A stretch of DNA of 64,000 nucleotides from Bugula neritina (taxonomy: Eukaryota > Animalia > Bryozoa). Location of the stretch: NCBI GenBank assembly GCA_964035545.1, contig OZ037767.1, forward strand, positions 1-64,000. Reading direction: 5' to 3'. Numbering within the stretch: the first letter of the stretch is position 1; every line of letters begins with the position of its first letter. Positions 35,998 through 54,413 of the stretch are shown here, piece by piece. The notes beneath the pieces were generated by a model, which saw nothing but the letters and a program-made list of their open reading frames with translations, made no database searches and was not told the DNA's origin. Position numbers and translations under genes: made by a program.

Positions 35998-38900
35998 ATG
36001 GATTGTGATTGTGTTCAAGGTAACTCATAATCCAAATGAGTTGGAGACGAATCATGGCTTGCATCTGTTTGAATATGTTTGAATAAGTATTACTGGTAGT
36101 GTATGAATGAATATACTCATGCATCGAGTTATAGCATACGAGGTTTGGTCACTTTGACTTTAATTATAGTTATATAGTTTAGAATATTATGAAGTACAAA
36201 TAATTTCTGTATTATCTGCTATCACTTCAATCTATGACAATCAACTTTGTAGTCTGCTAATATTTCTGCGGTCATTTATTTGTTTATTTAGTGTTTGATT
36301 ATATTTTTAATCTAATAAAGCAAATATCTACACTTATCAGGCCCTCTAATTAAATTATAGAGTTGCTATGCAGAGTGTGCTGGTAGCACTAGAAATATGT
36401 TAGACTACTTTGATACGGTTTGTGAGTGAGAAGGGGGAATGCTGCCTTGACTTGAGTAGACTGCTGCTGTATGTGAAGGACTAGACTGTCACTGTATGTG
36501 AAGGACTAGACTGTCACTCTATGTAAAGGACTAGACTGTCACTGTATGTAAAGGGGTCATTAGACTGTGTGCTGATGATTCCAGTTAAACCTATCGCGGC
36601 TCGTCAGCATGGTCAGGCCAGGAGCTACTCCTCGCCCTCCATCAACCTTGGCTCCTCCCTCTCCAGGGTGTCTGTCGGCAGGAAGTTAGCAAGGAGTGTA
36701 GCGCCCAAACCCCCCACCGTCACCGTGGCTACAGTGAGTCGCCGAATAATAACCGCCAGGAGAATCTCTGATCTGTTTCTAAGTTTACCCAAAATAGCGG
36801 AGAGTAGAAGGTCCACGCTGCGTACCAAGAAGGAGAGCTTACAAGGAACACAGTCTAGACAAGGAGCTCAGACTAGACGGTCTGTGACGTTGAGTAGAGA
36901 TGATCTGAGGAGGAGAAGGTTACAACTGCAGGAGAATTCTTTCAAGAAGAGAGTTTCTCATAGAAGTAGTAGCCAGGTATTTATAACATAACATATTATA
37001 TAATAATATATAATATAATATACTATACTACATGTACTATTACGTATATTATCTGCTTGTATTATACGTTTATATTTTACGTTTATATTATATGTTTATA
37101 TTATATGTTTGTGTTATACGTTTGTGTTTTATGTTTATATTTTACGTTTATGTTATATGTTTGTGTTATATGTTTATTATGATTGTGTTTGTCTAGACAT
37201 CCAAGAGATTTCATAAAATCGCCAACACTGTGCGGCTCATTGTAAGAATTAACTTCTCACTAAAAGCGTATCTCTTGGAGGATTCCAACCCCAACTGGTC
37301 CCTCCAGGAGATGACTCTAAGTCTGAAGGAGTACTTTGACAGAATTCTCAGCTGTAGACCGAGAGACCGGTGGAAGACTCACAGCTACAACGGGAGGTTG
37401 GCCACCGTCCTCACTGTTCCTCCTAAGTTGAGAAGTGCTGAACACTTGCGCACTGTAAGTAAATACAACTGTTACTGCGTGGTAACAACTAAATTACTCT
37501 AATATTTACATAATCTAGATAAAAGTGTTACTGCGTGGTAACAACTGCATTGCTCTAATATCTACATAATCTAGATAAGAGTGTTACTGCGTGGTAACAA
37601 CTGCATTGCTCTAATATTTACATAATCTAGATAAAAGCGTTACTGCGTGGTCACACTGCATTTGAAGAATACCCAGATCATGTGCAAGAGCAACTGTGCC
37701 AGTCAGTGGTTTATCAAAGGTAAGTACATGCAATGTAAGTACACACAGTGTAAGTACATGCAATGTAAGTACACACAGTGTAAGTACAACACATACATGT
37801 ATATATGTAATGTAAATATGTGTGCAGGTACGAGGCCCGTAGAGTAGTCACACGGTTCGGACACATTGCCACCACATTCTACTTGATCCTCTCCGGGACA
37901 GTCCTGGTCAACATCCCAGAAACTGATGAAAATAATGAGCAGCTTTTTATGAAAACAGTGAATGAGCTTGGACCAGGGGAAGCTTTCGGGGTACATATAG
38001 TACTTCACTGTGTACTTTACTGAGTAAACTATGATATATAGTATATAGTATATACCTGTACAGGTAACTTTCACCTTCTTCTACTGAGTAAACTATGCTA
38101 TATAGTATATAGTATATACCTGTACAGGTAACTTTTACCTTCTTCTACTGAGTAAACTATGCTATATAGTATATACCTGAACAGGTAACTTGTACTTTCT
38201 TCTACTGAGTAAACTATGCTATATAGTATATAGTATATACCTGTACAGGTAACTTTTACCTTCTTCTACTGAGTAAACTATGCTATATAGTATATACCTG
38301 TACAGGTAACTTTTACCTTCTTCTAATCTGATGTCACAGCTCTGTCCAGACTTATCATATTATACGTTACTTGGGCTTATACGTTACATGGGCTTATACG
38401 TTACATGGGCTTATACGTTACATGGGCTTATACGTTACATGGGCTTATACGTTACCTGGGCTTATACGTTACATGGGCTTATACGTTACATGGGCTTATA
38501 CGTTACATGGGCTTATACGGTATATGGGCTTATGGGCTTATACGTTACATGGGCTTATGCGTTACATGGGCTTATACGTTACCTGGGCTTATACGGTATA
38601 TGTTACGTTTTACAGGAGATTGGCCTGATAACTGGAGAGAGGCGAAGTGCAACAATAATTTGCAAGACAGACATTGAAGTGCTGGTTATCGACAAAGAAG
38701 TATGTCTAAAAATCATGGTGTCAGCTGGTATCAGCTTGTCATACTATTACTTGTGTCAGCTGGTATCAGCTTGTCATACTATTACTTGTGTCAGCTGGTA
38801 TCAGCTTGTCATACTATTACTTGTGTCAGCTGGTATCAGCTTGTCATACTATTACTTGTGTCAACTGGTATCAGCTTGTCATACTATTACTTGTGTCAGC

Positions 38901-41900
38901 TAGTATCAGCTTGTCATACTATTACTTGTGTCAGCTGGTGTCAGCTTGTCATACTATTACTTGTGTCAGCTGGTGTCAGCTTGTCATACTATTACTTGTG
39001 TCAGCTGGTATCAGCTTGTCATACTATTACTTGTGTCAGCTGGTATCAGCTTGTCATACTATTACTTGTGTCAGCTGGTGTCAGCTTGTCATACTATTAC
39101 TTGTGTCAGCTGGTGTCAGCTTGTCATACTATTACTTGTGTCAGCTGGTATCAGCTTGTCATACTATTACTTGTGTCAGCTGGTATCAGCTTGTCATACT
39201 ATTACTTGTGTCAGCTGGTGTCAGCTTGTCATACTATTACATTGTTATATTATTGAAAATATTTCACGATTTTAAAGGCATTTGATGTGATAATAAAATG
39301 GCCGCTAGAGACGCAGCTGAATCACCACGTCGATTATATCAGGAGTCTGGAACTATTCCGCCACTTCCCTTGCAACGTTTTTGTCAACAATTCCAACAAC
39401 TTCTTCTATCAGTACTTCCAACCCAACGTGCTCATCCTGTCCAACTCCGTGGAAAGCAGCTTCCTAGTGGTTGTGCTGTCTGGGAAATGCTTAGCTGTCT
39501 CTTCATATGCCCCACAAAACAAACTCGTGAAGTATAAAGACCAGCAGTTGACAAAGCAATTGAAACGAAGCTTTCCTCTCTACTCAGATCGTTTGGAGAG
39601 GGAAGAGAAAACCATGACGCAACGTTAGTATGTCTTTTGTAGTGAGATATAGTATATGTTATATATTACATTATGATATGATATATATTATATTATGATA
39701 TGATATATATGACATTATGATATACATTACATTATTATATGATATATATTACATTATGAGATAATATTTGGTGCAGGTGATATTAGAGATATTGCCAACA
39801 CAGCTGCTTTAGAATTCAGCATTAAATCTAAACCTGGAGGTACCACAGGCTTTTCACTGCAAGAGTTCAATCAACAAGTTCTAGATGTGAGCAGATATGA
39901 TATCGTAGTGTTGATATGATATAGTGTTGATATGATGTAGTGTTGATATGATATAGTAGTGTTGATATGATATAGTGTTGATGTGATATAGTGTTGATAT
40001 GATATAGTAGTGTTGATATGATATAGTAGTGTTGATGTGATATAGTGTTGATATGATATCGTAGTGTTGATATGATATAGTGTTGATATGATATAGTGTT
40101 GATATGATATCGTGTTGATATGATATAGTGTTGATATGATATGATGACATTTAAGGGTCAAACGGGAGGAAAGAAACGCAGAGGAAGGAGAAGAAGTTCT
40201 CTGACAGAATTTTATGATGTGAAGGAGACGGAGCAGAAGTTGTCCTCTCAGGTTTATATATTTGTATCTGTATATAGTATATCTGTATATAGTATATATC
40301 TGTATATAGTATATATGTATACAGTATATCTGTATATAGTATATATCTGTATACAGTATATCTGTATACAGTATATATGTATATAGTATATATCTGTATA
40401 CAGTATATCTGTATACAGTATATCTGTATACAGTATGTATCTGTATATAGTATATCTGTATATAGTATATGTATATAGTATACCTGTATATAGTATATTT
40501 GTATATAATATATATATATATATTTATTTATTTATAGAGTATATATAGAGTATATAGGTAGTATATATGTTTAAAGTATATAGCTATTATATTCAGTAGT
40601 ATATATGTTTAGAGTATATAGGTAGTATGTAGGTATTATATATGGTAGTATATATGTTTAAAGTATATAGGTGAGTATATAGGTATTATATATGGTAGTA
40701 TATATGTTTAGATGCACCCTGAATTCTGGTCTCACACATTGAGCTCTTCCACAACCAAAACTTCTCTGCCTCAACTTTCTGAAAACCCAAGCAAAGAACT
40801 TCGAGCTCGCAGAAGGTCAAGGTTTCACAAAGACCCGCCCCTTTTAAAAAGAAGAGCTAGTCAAGGTCGAATAACCAACTGTACTACACTATACTATACT
40901 AGCACTATGTATATAATCTACTATACTACACTAACACTCTGTATATAATCTACTATACTACACTAACACTCTGTATATAATCTACTATACTACACTAACA
41001 CTCTGTATATAATCTACTATACTACACTAACACTCTGTATATAATCTACTGTACTATACTAACACTCTGTATATAATCTACTATACTAACACTCTGTATA
41101 TAATCTACTATACTATACTAACACTCTGTATATAATCTACTATACTATACTAACACTCTGTATATAATCTACTATACTATACTAACACTCTGTATATAAT
41201 CTACTATACTAACACTCTGTATATAATCTACTATACTATACTAACACTCTGTATATAATCTACTATACTATACTAACACTCTGCATATAATCTACTATAC
41301 TATACTAACACTCTGTATATACTATACTATACTAACACTCTGTATATAATCTACTATACTACACTAACACTCTGTATATAATCTACTATACTATACTAAC
41401 ACTCTGTATATAATCTACTATACTATACTAACACTCTGTATATAATCTACTATACTATACTAACACTCTGTATATAATCTACTATACTACACTAACACTC
41501 TGTATATACTATACTAACACTCTGTATATAATCTACTATACTACACTAACACTCTGTATATAATCTACTATACTATACTAACACTCTGTATATAATCTAC
41601 TATACTACACTAACACTCTGTATATAATCTACTATACTACACTAACACTCTGTATATACTATACTAACACTCTGCATATAATCTACTATACTACACTAAC
41701 ACTCTGTATATAATCTACTATACTATACTAACACTCTGTATATAATCTACTATACTATACTAACACTCTGTATATAATCTACTATACTACACTAACACTC
41801 TGCATATAATCTACTATACTATACTATCACTCTGTATATAATCTACTGTGTCTTGCAGGAGAACTTGTTGAAGGAACTGTGAGGACGTGGAGAAGAGTAG

Positions 41901-43518
41901 CTGCTCTCGTGGGAGCTCAGAAGGTAGTATACTCTACCTGTACACTCTGTATACTCTGTATAATACTCTGTATACTTTACTCTGTATAATACTCTGTATA
42001 CTCTCTACTCTGTATACTCTCTACTCTGTATACTCTGTATACTTTACTCTGTATACTCTACTCTGTATACTCTACTCTGTATACTCTCTACTCTGTATAC
42101 TCTACTCTGTGTACTCTGTATAATACTCTGTATAATACTCTGTATACTCTGTGTACTCTGTGTACTCTACTCTGTATACTCTGTGTACTCTGTATAATAC
42201 TCTGTATAATACTCTGTATAATACTCTGTATACTCTGTATACTCTGTATACTCTGTATACTCTGTATACTCTACTCTGTATACTCTACTCTGTATACTCT
42301 ACTCTGTATACTCTACTCTGTATACTCTACTCTGTATACTCACCACTTTGTATACTCTACTCTATGCAGGCAAATGAACGGAAAGATATGACATCACTTC
42401 CTGCCACTTTCACTAAATATGCTCAGCTTGCAGAGTTCAGTGAAGGCAAAGTATTCGTAAGTTCATTTAAAACTGTCACTAGAGTGTATAGTCACTAGAG
42501 TGTATAGTCACTAGAGTGTATAGTTACCAGAGTGTATAGTTACTAGAGTGTATAGTTACTAGAGTGTATAGTCACTAGAGTGTATAGTCACTAGAGTGTA
42601 TAGTTACCAGAGTGTATAGTTACTAGAGTGTATAATTACTAGAGTGTATAGTCACTAGAGTGTATAGTCACTAGAGTGTATAGTTACTAGTCAATGTAGT
42701 TACTAGCCAATGTAGTTACTAGTCAATGTTGACAGGGTCTGGAAACGCTGCTGCAGAAGGACAGTTCGTCTGCCATAAGTCTGGTCAGCTCCGGCTGTGA
42801 GTGTCTTTTCATATCCAAGCAGGTCTTTCTGGAACATGCCAGCGCTAAGGTGTTGAGGGTAGTAAGTGACTTGGTGAGTGACTCACGTACATCTCATACA
42901 CTTACAGTAACTGATTAGTTTACTTACTCTTACATCTCATACACTTACAGTAACTGAAGAGTTTACTTACTCTTACATCTCGTACACTTACAGTAGCTTA
43001 CTACCTGAAGAGTTTACTTACTCTTACATCTCATACACTTACAGTAACTAACTAACTGAAGAGTTTACTTACTCCTACATCTCATACACTTACAGTAACT
43101 GACTAACTGAAGAGTTTACTTACTCTTACATCTCATACACTTACAGTAACTTACTAACTGAAGAGTTTACTTACTCTTACATCTCATACACTTACAGTAA
43201 CTAACTAACTGAAGAGTTTACTTACTCTTACATCTCGTACACTTACAGTAACTAACTAACTGAAGAGTTTACTTACTCTTACATCTCGTACACTTACAGT
43301 AACTTACTATCTGAAGAGTTTACTTACTCTTACATCTCATACACTTACAGTAACTTACTAACTGAAGACTTTACTTACTCTTACATCTCATACACTTACA
43401 GATCGTAACCTACCCATCTAAAGAATTTATCGGCGCATACATCAAAAGACAGAAGAAATGGAAAGAATATAAAAGCAAGTTAATTCAAGACCATTCTAAG
43501 TTCACAATCCAAAAGTGA
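35998..43518 (+). CDS. Cyclic nucleotide-binding domain protein, CNBD2-like (~713 aa, 14 exons)
   Basis: Exons 35998-36019, 36564-36976, 37197-37454, 37631-37719, 37828-37990, 38616-38699, 39278-39623, 39777-39886, 40156-40251, 40712-40865, 41859-41923, 42370-42456, 42736-42873, 43402-43518. All GT-AG, phases consistent, 2142 nt. cNMP motifs FYLILSGTV, GEAFGEIGL..RRSATI; second split domain (VVLSGKC..GKVFGLE..SLVSSGCECLFISK); C-terminal YPS..WKEYK. Exon 1 is the least certain. Confidence 0.82.
38718..39240. repeat. 35-bp intronic minisatellite x~15
   Basis: GTGTCAGCTGGTRTCAGCTTGTCATACTATTACTT; intron 6 of the CNBD2-like gene. Confidence 0.95.
40880..41845. repeat. ~32-bp intronic minisatellite
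   Basis: ATCTACTATACTAYACTAACACTCTGTATATA; intron 10 of the CNBD2-like gene. Confidence 0.95.
42885..43401. repeat. ~51-bp intronic minisatellite whose last unit supplies the splice acceptor
   Basis: CATCTCATACACTTACAG|TAACTTACTAACTGAAGAGTTTACTTACTCTTA x~10. The final CACTTACAG precedes the last exon. Confidence 0.92.
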
Positions 43519-43569
43519 CTCTGTCAAGTAAAGGCTAGAAAACTGAATGATTCAGCTTCATAAGCCCCT

Positions 43570-44207
43570 CATGTGTGATATTTATCTCTCATGTGTGATG
43601 TTTACCTCCCATGTGTGATGTTTACCTCTCACGTGTGATGTTTACCTCTCACGTGTGATGTTTACCTCTCACGTGTGATGTTTACCTCTCATGTGTCATG
43701 TTTACCTCTCATGTGTCATGTTTACCTCTCACGTGTCATGTTTACCTCTCACGTGTCATGTTTACCTCTCATGTGTCATGTTTACCTCTCATGTGTCATG
43801 TTTACCTCTCACGTGTGATGTTTACCTCTCACGTGTGATGTTTACCTCTCACGTGTGATGTTTACCTCTCATGTGTCATGTTTACCTCTCACGTGTCATG
43901 TTTACTTCTCATGTGTCATGTTTACCTCTCATGTGTCATGTTTACCTCTCACGTGTGATGTTTACCTCTCATGTGTGATGTTTACCTCTCATGTGTGATG
44001 TTTACCTCTCATGTGTCATGTTTACCTCTCACATGTCATGTTTACCTCTCATGTGTCATGTTTACCTCTCATGTGTCATGGTTACCTCTCATGTGTCATG
44101 TTTACTTCTCATGTGTCATGGTTACCTCTCATGTGTGATGTTTACTTCTCATGTGTCATGGTTACCTCTCATGTGTCATGTTTACCTCTTATGTGTCATG
44201 GTTACCT
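43570..44207. repeat. 20-bp minisatellite in the presumptive 3' UTR of the CNBD2-like gene
   Basis: ATGTTTACCTCTCAYGTGTS x~32, followed by AATAAA at 44214. Confidence 0.95.
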
Positions 44208-44714
44208 AATATTAATAAACCTTTTTAAAAATAGATTCCTGTTTTCATATTTGATGCAAACACATTTACTCCAAAAATCTTAATATAGCTTTTCATTCCT
44301 ATTAGCTCCAACCACATTGATAAAAGCTTCACAACTTTTCCAAAATATTTACCCAGCAGACCCTTCATATCCACAGCCTTTATTAGGACTTGTGTAAACA
44401 TAATGGCTGATGATGGTTGAAACAATGTTGAATATTTTGTCATAGAATAGTGGTGAGTTAACAAAAAGCAGCTATTGCATTGATATAGCAACTAAGACAT
44501 GATTATTATGCCTACATTTTTTGGTGTTATAAAAACAACAGCTGTTATCCCCACATGGCATTCACTGAGGAATTTATCCTTAGAATAGGGAGGCAACTTC
44601 AACATTACTCATGTGTATTTAAAAAGAAAAAGGCAAAGTCTCGCAATAGAAGGTTGATTATTTGATGTTTATACAAAAGAAAAATAAAATATAAAATCAA
44701 TTACATACACAAAA

Positions 44715-44948
44715 TTAAAACTCTTGCGAAAATTTACAGAAATGATCAATAATACAGCCTGTCATTCCATTGTAGCAGAGAAGGCCTAAGGCCACTATGA
44801 ATACGATGGAACAAATAGTGCATGGTTTCCTTAGAATGAAGAATTCCAGTAAGTACAGGGTCAATAGCCAAGAGTGATGGAGATGTAAGGCTGGGTTGAG
44901 GGGTTTTGGTATAACTAGTATGGGTAGCATCCACTGTAGACAGTACAT
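44715..44948 (-). CDS. BLCAP: Bladder cancer-associated protein (BC10) homolog, 77 aa, intronless CDS
   Basis: [32 protein letters not shown] matches BLCAP ([28 protein letters not shown]). Acceptor just upstream (exon from 44959); candidate 5' UTR donor at 46639. Confidence 0.93.
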   Translation of the reverse strand: [77 protein letters not shown]

Positions 44949-46799
44949 TGTATATAACTCTGTATTAGTCAGGGTCTACTCTTCAACAAACTACAATAAT
45001 AAGCATAATTCATGGTAAATAAGAAATTATAGCCTTCCAAGTGTTAATAAATATAACCACTCTAAAATTAACATAATACGCCAAATTAAAGCATGATATG
45101 TTTATGTTTAATATAAATACTATGGTGCTAAGTACACCAACATTTTAGCTTGTCATAAAGTTAGTGGCTCAGACTGATAATGAATTTTTATTTACTAGAA
45201 TGAGTTATTTATGTTGACCTAATCAGATTGACAATAACAAATACGCTAGCTATAGTCACCAGGCTCATAGGACTAGACATGCCCTACCAATTTGCAGTTA
45301 ATTATGCAGTCAGTACAGTTAGTCACTAGCATAGTTTAATGTTATTTACTTACTGCGTCTGAGCATAAAATTGATACTAATGGTAGAAATATGTGTTAAA
45401 TAAGTGTAGAGTGTAGGCATTTGATATCAAAAAGCATCAGCAGTGTAATGTAAATCGGTAATGATAATCGGTCACACTACCAAAAACTTTTAGCCAGTAT
45501 AATCAACTCTAAAACTATGGCCGTTAAGGTTAGTATTTTAAATTACAAAGATAATCGTATAATAATTGACAACAGAGTTTATTTAGTTTAGTTATTTATT
45601 TTAGTTGTAATTTTTTCGAATGATAGAATTAGAACAGCTATTAAACATTCATATTCAAATTTACATATAAAGATAATATTTGGATGACGAAGAGAGACTT
45701 TATAATAATTGATGAACACAATTATAATAATTAATGACTTAACAGTGAATGGGTGAAAACTTAATAGTCAATAGCAAATTCACAAAATTTTATATTTAGT
45801 CTTACAGTTGATTAATTATGCTATCAGCATGAGTATCACCATCCATACGTCTAACACACTCATTACAGCAAGTAATCTACTATTAACTTTGCCTACTCAA
45901 TTCAGTAAATCTAATTTTAGTGAATATATTTAATTTTATTTAAAATATACTTATAGGTACTGGTAGTATTACTATTACTATTACTATTACTATTAGTATT
46001 AGTAATGGTATAACTACAAGTACAAGTATTGCGGTTACACCAGCATTACTAACATTTTTATTTTTTAGTTTGCAAGTTTCAAGTTAAAGTTTATCAGTTA
46101 AAGTCATATAACCACCACTACAAGTTGTTCTAAATTCACTTTTTAGAATCTAAATTTATCAATGAGTACAAATTTTATTAAGCAAGATCAGTACAGGCAT
46201 AAGTATCAACAACAACAACTACTACTACTAATAGTAATACAACTTACAAGTACAATTAATGAACAATATTTATTATATCAATATGAATATAAACATGACT
46301 CATCATTTAATAATGATAAGATAATAATAATATGATCATGAAAAGTTAACGACCAAGGCGAGATTAACACTGAAGTAACTCAAACTGGCAAGAACTGCTA
46401 CTCACTTACAGTTACTGTAACTGTAAGTCAAAGTACAAGCCTAACATCAGATTCTGATTGAAATTTTAATTTAATTTCAAAGATGAACTTGAAGTTGAAC
46501 GAGTCGCAAAATGCTATGACTATGAGTATAAATATATTCAATTTAATATTCATATTCATATTGAGTTATTCATATTAATATTCATATTGATATTCATATT
46601 GATACCAAATGATAAAAATATATTATATGTAAATCTTACCAAAGATTAAACTGCTATTAGTATATTTTTATTGCTCAGCACGTTAATACAAGTGATAACA
46701 CGAATAAGCTTTAAAATCACAAATCTTCATTTTCCACACCTTTCTCTTTTCAGGTTTAGATTATGATAATGAATTAGACAAAAATCTTAATTTGAGTAA

Positions 46800-46920
46800 G
46801 GAATCTTTGACGGAAGTCGCCCAACATGTAGGCTGCTTGGATCGCTCTTATATAGACTAGGGTGTGCACTGTGCAACGTAGCTTTGAACTGCGGTTCGAC
46901 TCATTAGAGTTATCTTATCC
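46800..46920 (-). promoter_or_regulatory. Putative BLCAP promoter
   Basis: Local GC/CpG rise, ETS-type CGGAAGT at 46811, upstream of the minus-strand donor at 46639. Confidence 0.4.
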
Positions 46921-47174
46921 ACCTACGTTGTATCGATTAGCTATTAGATTGGGGACATGAAATTTGAAAGGGAATAATATCATTATTTTTATTTCTGATC
47001 TTTAAGATTTGAAATATATGCTATTATCAAGCCTGGATGCTCAAGTAACTTTAGGAGTTACAAGTAATGCATATATTACTTACTGAATTTCAATAAATCA
47101 AGACAATTTGTGCAGAGAGTATATGCCATTTATTTCAATTTTTACTTCTCATAAGAGGTTAAAGTATAATACAC

Positions 47175-47239
47175 TTTATATATATGCACACACACACGCG
47201 CGCGCGCAGGCGCGCGCAGGCGCGCGCACACGCATACGC

Positions 47240-47322
<83 letters not shown>
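47175..47322. repeat. Compound (TA)/(CA)/(CG) microsatellite
   Basis: Near-continuous alternating purine-pyrimidine tract. Confidence 0.95.
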
Positions 47323-47343
47323 AACGAACTGAGCAGTAATCTA

Positions 47344-51989
<4,646 letters not shown>

Positions 51990-52630
51990 CTCTCACTGTC
52001 AGTCTGTCACGGCCAGCCTCTCACTGTCAGTCTGTCACGTCCAGCCAGCATTGAGTATATTATGTATTCTTGGCAGATGTTTACTTTAACATTACCCTTG
52101 CATTTACTTACACCATATTGTATTGATTATAAGCTTCATCTCAACTTTCAATGTATTTGAGTCACAAGGGGGTCAATTCTCTCAGCTTCCTGAGTTTTCA
52201 ACAGCCTACTTATACCGGAAAGAAAGATAAATGCCAAGTCATAACTTTAAACACAAACTTCCACATGAGCAACAGTCCCCTAGTAACAGATTATCATCAT
52301 TCAACTGCTTTCGTAAAACCATGGTGGCTTTTAGAATATAGTTAAAATACATTTTATTGATTATTATAACATGTCATGTAATTGGAGAGACAGTTCGGTT
52401 ATAAAGCACTTATAAAGCAATACATTTACTCATAACCGGATAAATATGAATACAGTGAAGTATAAACACAATGTTAGAAGAGTACATAACTCCAAATGTC
52501 TATCAGTAACAAGAAATATAGAAGGAAAGGGTCACTAGCTATAACCTCATTTAGAAAACCATGAAATTATATTTAACAGAGTGACAGACGGACAGACAGA
52601 CAGACGGACAGCCTGCAAGGAGTCTGTCAC

Positions 52631-52802
52631 TTAACGAACTCTGCCTAATAAAGCTCTGAGTCTCTTTATTCTTGACTCGCGGTTGATCCGGTCTCTTAGA
52701 GAAGAGTCAAACAACTCCAAACTTGACTCTGGAAATCCATACTCAGAACTCCTTTCTCTGAAACCATAATATATAATATATATATATTATATATATATAT
52801 AT

Positions 52803-52833
<31 letters not shown>

Positions 52834-53438
52834 CTATATATACTATATATACTATATATATATATATATAGTATATATATGGTATATATATGGTATATGT
52901 AGTATATAGTACACTTATATGATATATATATTATATATGTTATATAACGTATATATATATTATATATGTTATATAACGTATATATATATTATATATGTTA
53001 TATAACGTATATATATATTATTTATGTTATATAACGTATATATATATTATATATGTTATATAACGTATATATATATTATATATGTTATATAACGTATATA
53101 TATATTATATATGTTATATAACGTATATATATGTTATATATGTTATATAACGTAGTATCTCCACACCTTTTACCCAGAATCGGGAAGAACTGCTGGTAAT
53201 CAATATCTTCTGATTCCACTAAATCAGCCGGCTTGTCTTTTAAAATATCTAAAATATACAGAGTAGAGGTGAAGGTCACAGAGTAGAGATGAAGGTCACA
53301 CAGTAGAGGTGAAGGTCACAGAGTGGAGATGAAGGAATAAGAGTGATGGAAGTATAACTTACCAGAGAGAGGAGATCCCCGACATGCTAGAATGACACAG
53401 GCAAGAGTAATGAAAAGAAGTATATTAGCAGCAGCCAT
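52631..53438 (-). CDS. Small secreted neuropeptide-like precursor (94 aa, 3 exons)
   Basis: Exons 53438-53363, 53248-53167, 52757-52631 (285 nt, phases 1 and 2 consistent) give MAAANILLFITLACVILACRGSPLSDILKDKPADLVESEDIDYQQFFPILGKRERSSEYGFPESSLELFDSSLRDRINRESRIKRLRALLGRVR*. Hydrophobic signal peptide, GKR amidation/cleavage site, second KR. Confidence 0.75.
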
Positions 53439-54413
53439 CTCTGCACACACAAAGCATTAGCTTAATGCAATACTCCAACACAGAATGATAAGTGACATAA
53501 TGTGTTATTCCCACAAATTATATAGCAGTTAAAGAGTAACATGATACGGACTACGTAATTGGCTGCTCAAACAGATTTGGGCGGATGATGTAAGCTTAAT
53601 GGTAAAAGAGAAGTCTCTAATCAGAAACCTAATTACATTCTATATCAATGCTGTGCGGCATAAACTTTGTTTAGTAAATATAATTTAGCCAACACTAAAT
53701 TGTTTAATGTAAAAAATAATTACATAAAGTAATTGTAGAAACTTCAACTGAGTTGAAATACAATAATGAATATAAATAAACTGGCTACGAGCACACACCT
53801 ACAATGTCGTATATCAAATTATATAAACCCATTGACGTATTTGTAAATATTATAACATTACCTTTGTGTAGATAATATAACGTTTGTGTAGATATATGTG
53901 TTTATTAAGAGATATACATTACTATATTATAACTTATGTGCGTATATATATATACGTATTTATCAAGTTGTATATATTCCAAATATATTGTTGTATATTA
54001 TTATATTATATCATAACTATAGATATCACAAGATCATTGAAAGGATTTCATCAAAAAATAAAAAATATGACACAACAAAGAAATTGGCGAGAGAAAAGAA
54101 AATAAGAAATTTTTCTGGTTGTCCACATGTAAAAACACATTACGCAAACAATAATCGTAGTGTGACCAGGTAGTAGTGTGACCAGGTAGTAGTGTGACCA
54201 GGTAGTAGTGTGACCAGGTAGTAGTGTGACCAGGTAGTAGTGTGACCAGGTATCTGTGTGACCAGGTATCTGTGTGACCAGGTAGTAGTGTGACCAGGTA
54301 TCCGTGTGACCAGGTATTAGAAATATTGGTAATACAGCCACAAATGCTGCTGCCGTTGTGTTTGTCAGCCAAGTAAATGGGTGGATAGAAGCAGCAGGGG
54401 CAGGGGGACAAGC

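Noticed and set aside
38331-39285. Overlapping repetitive ORFs in three frames
   Set aside because: Products of 17-bp and 35-bp intronic repeats; only 38616-38699 and 39278 onward are exonic.
46894-46903. tRNA B-box-like GGTTCGACTC
   Set aside because: No cloverleaf or properly spaced A box seen.
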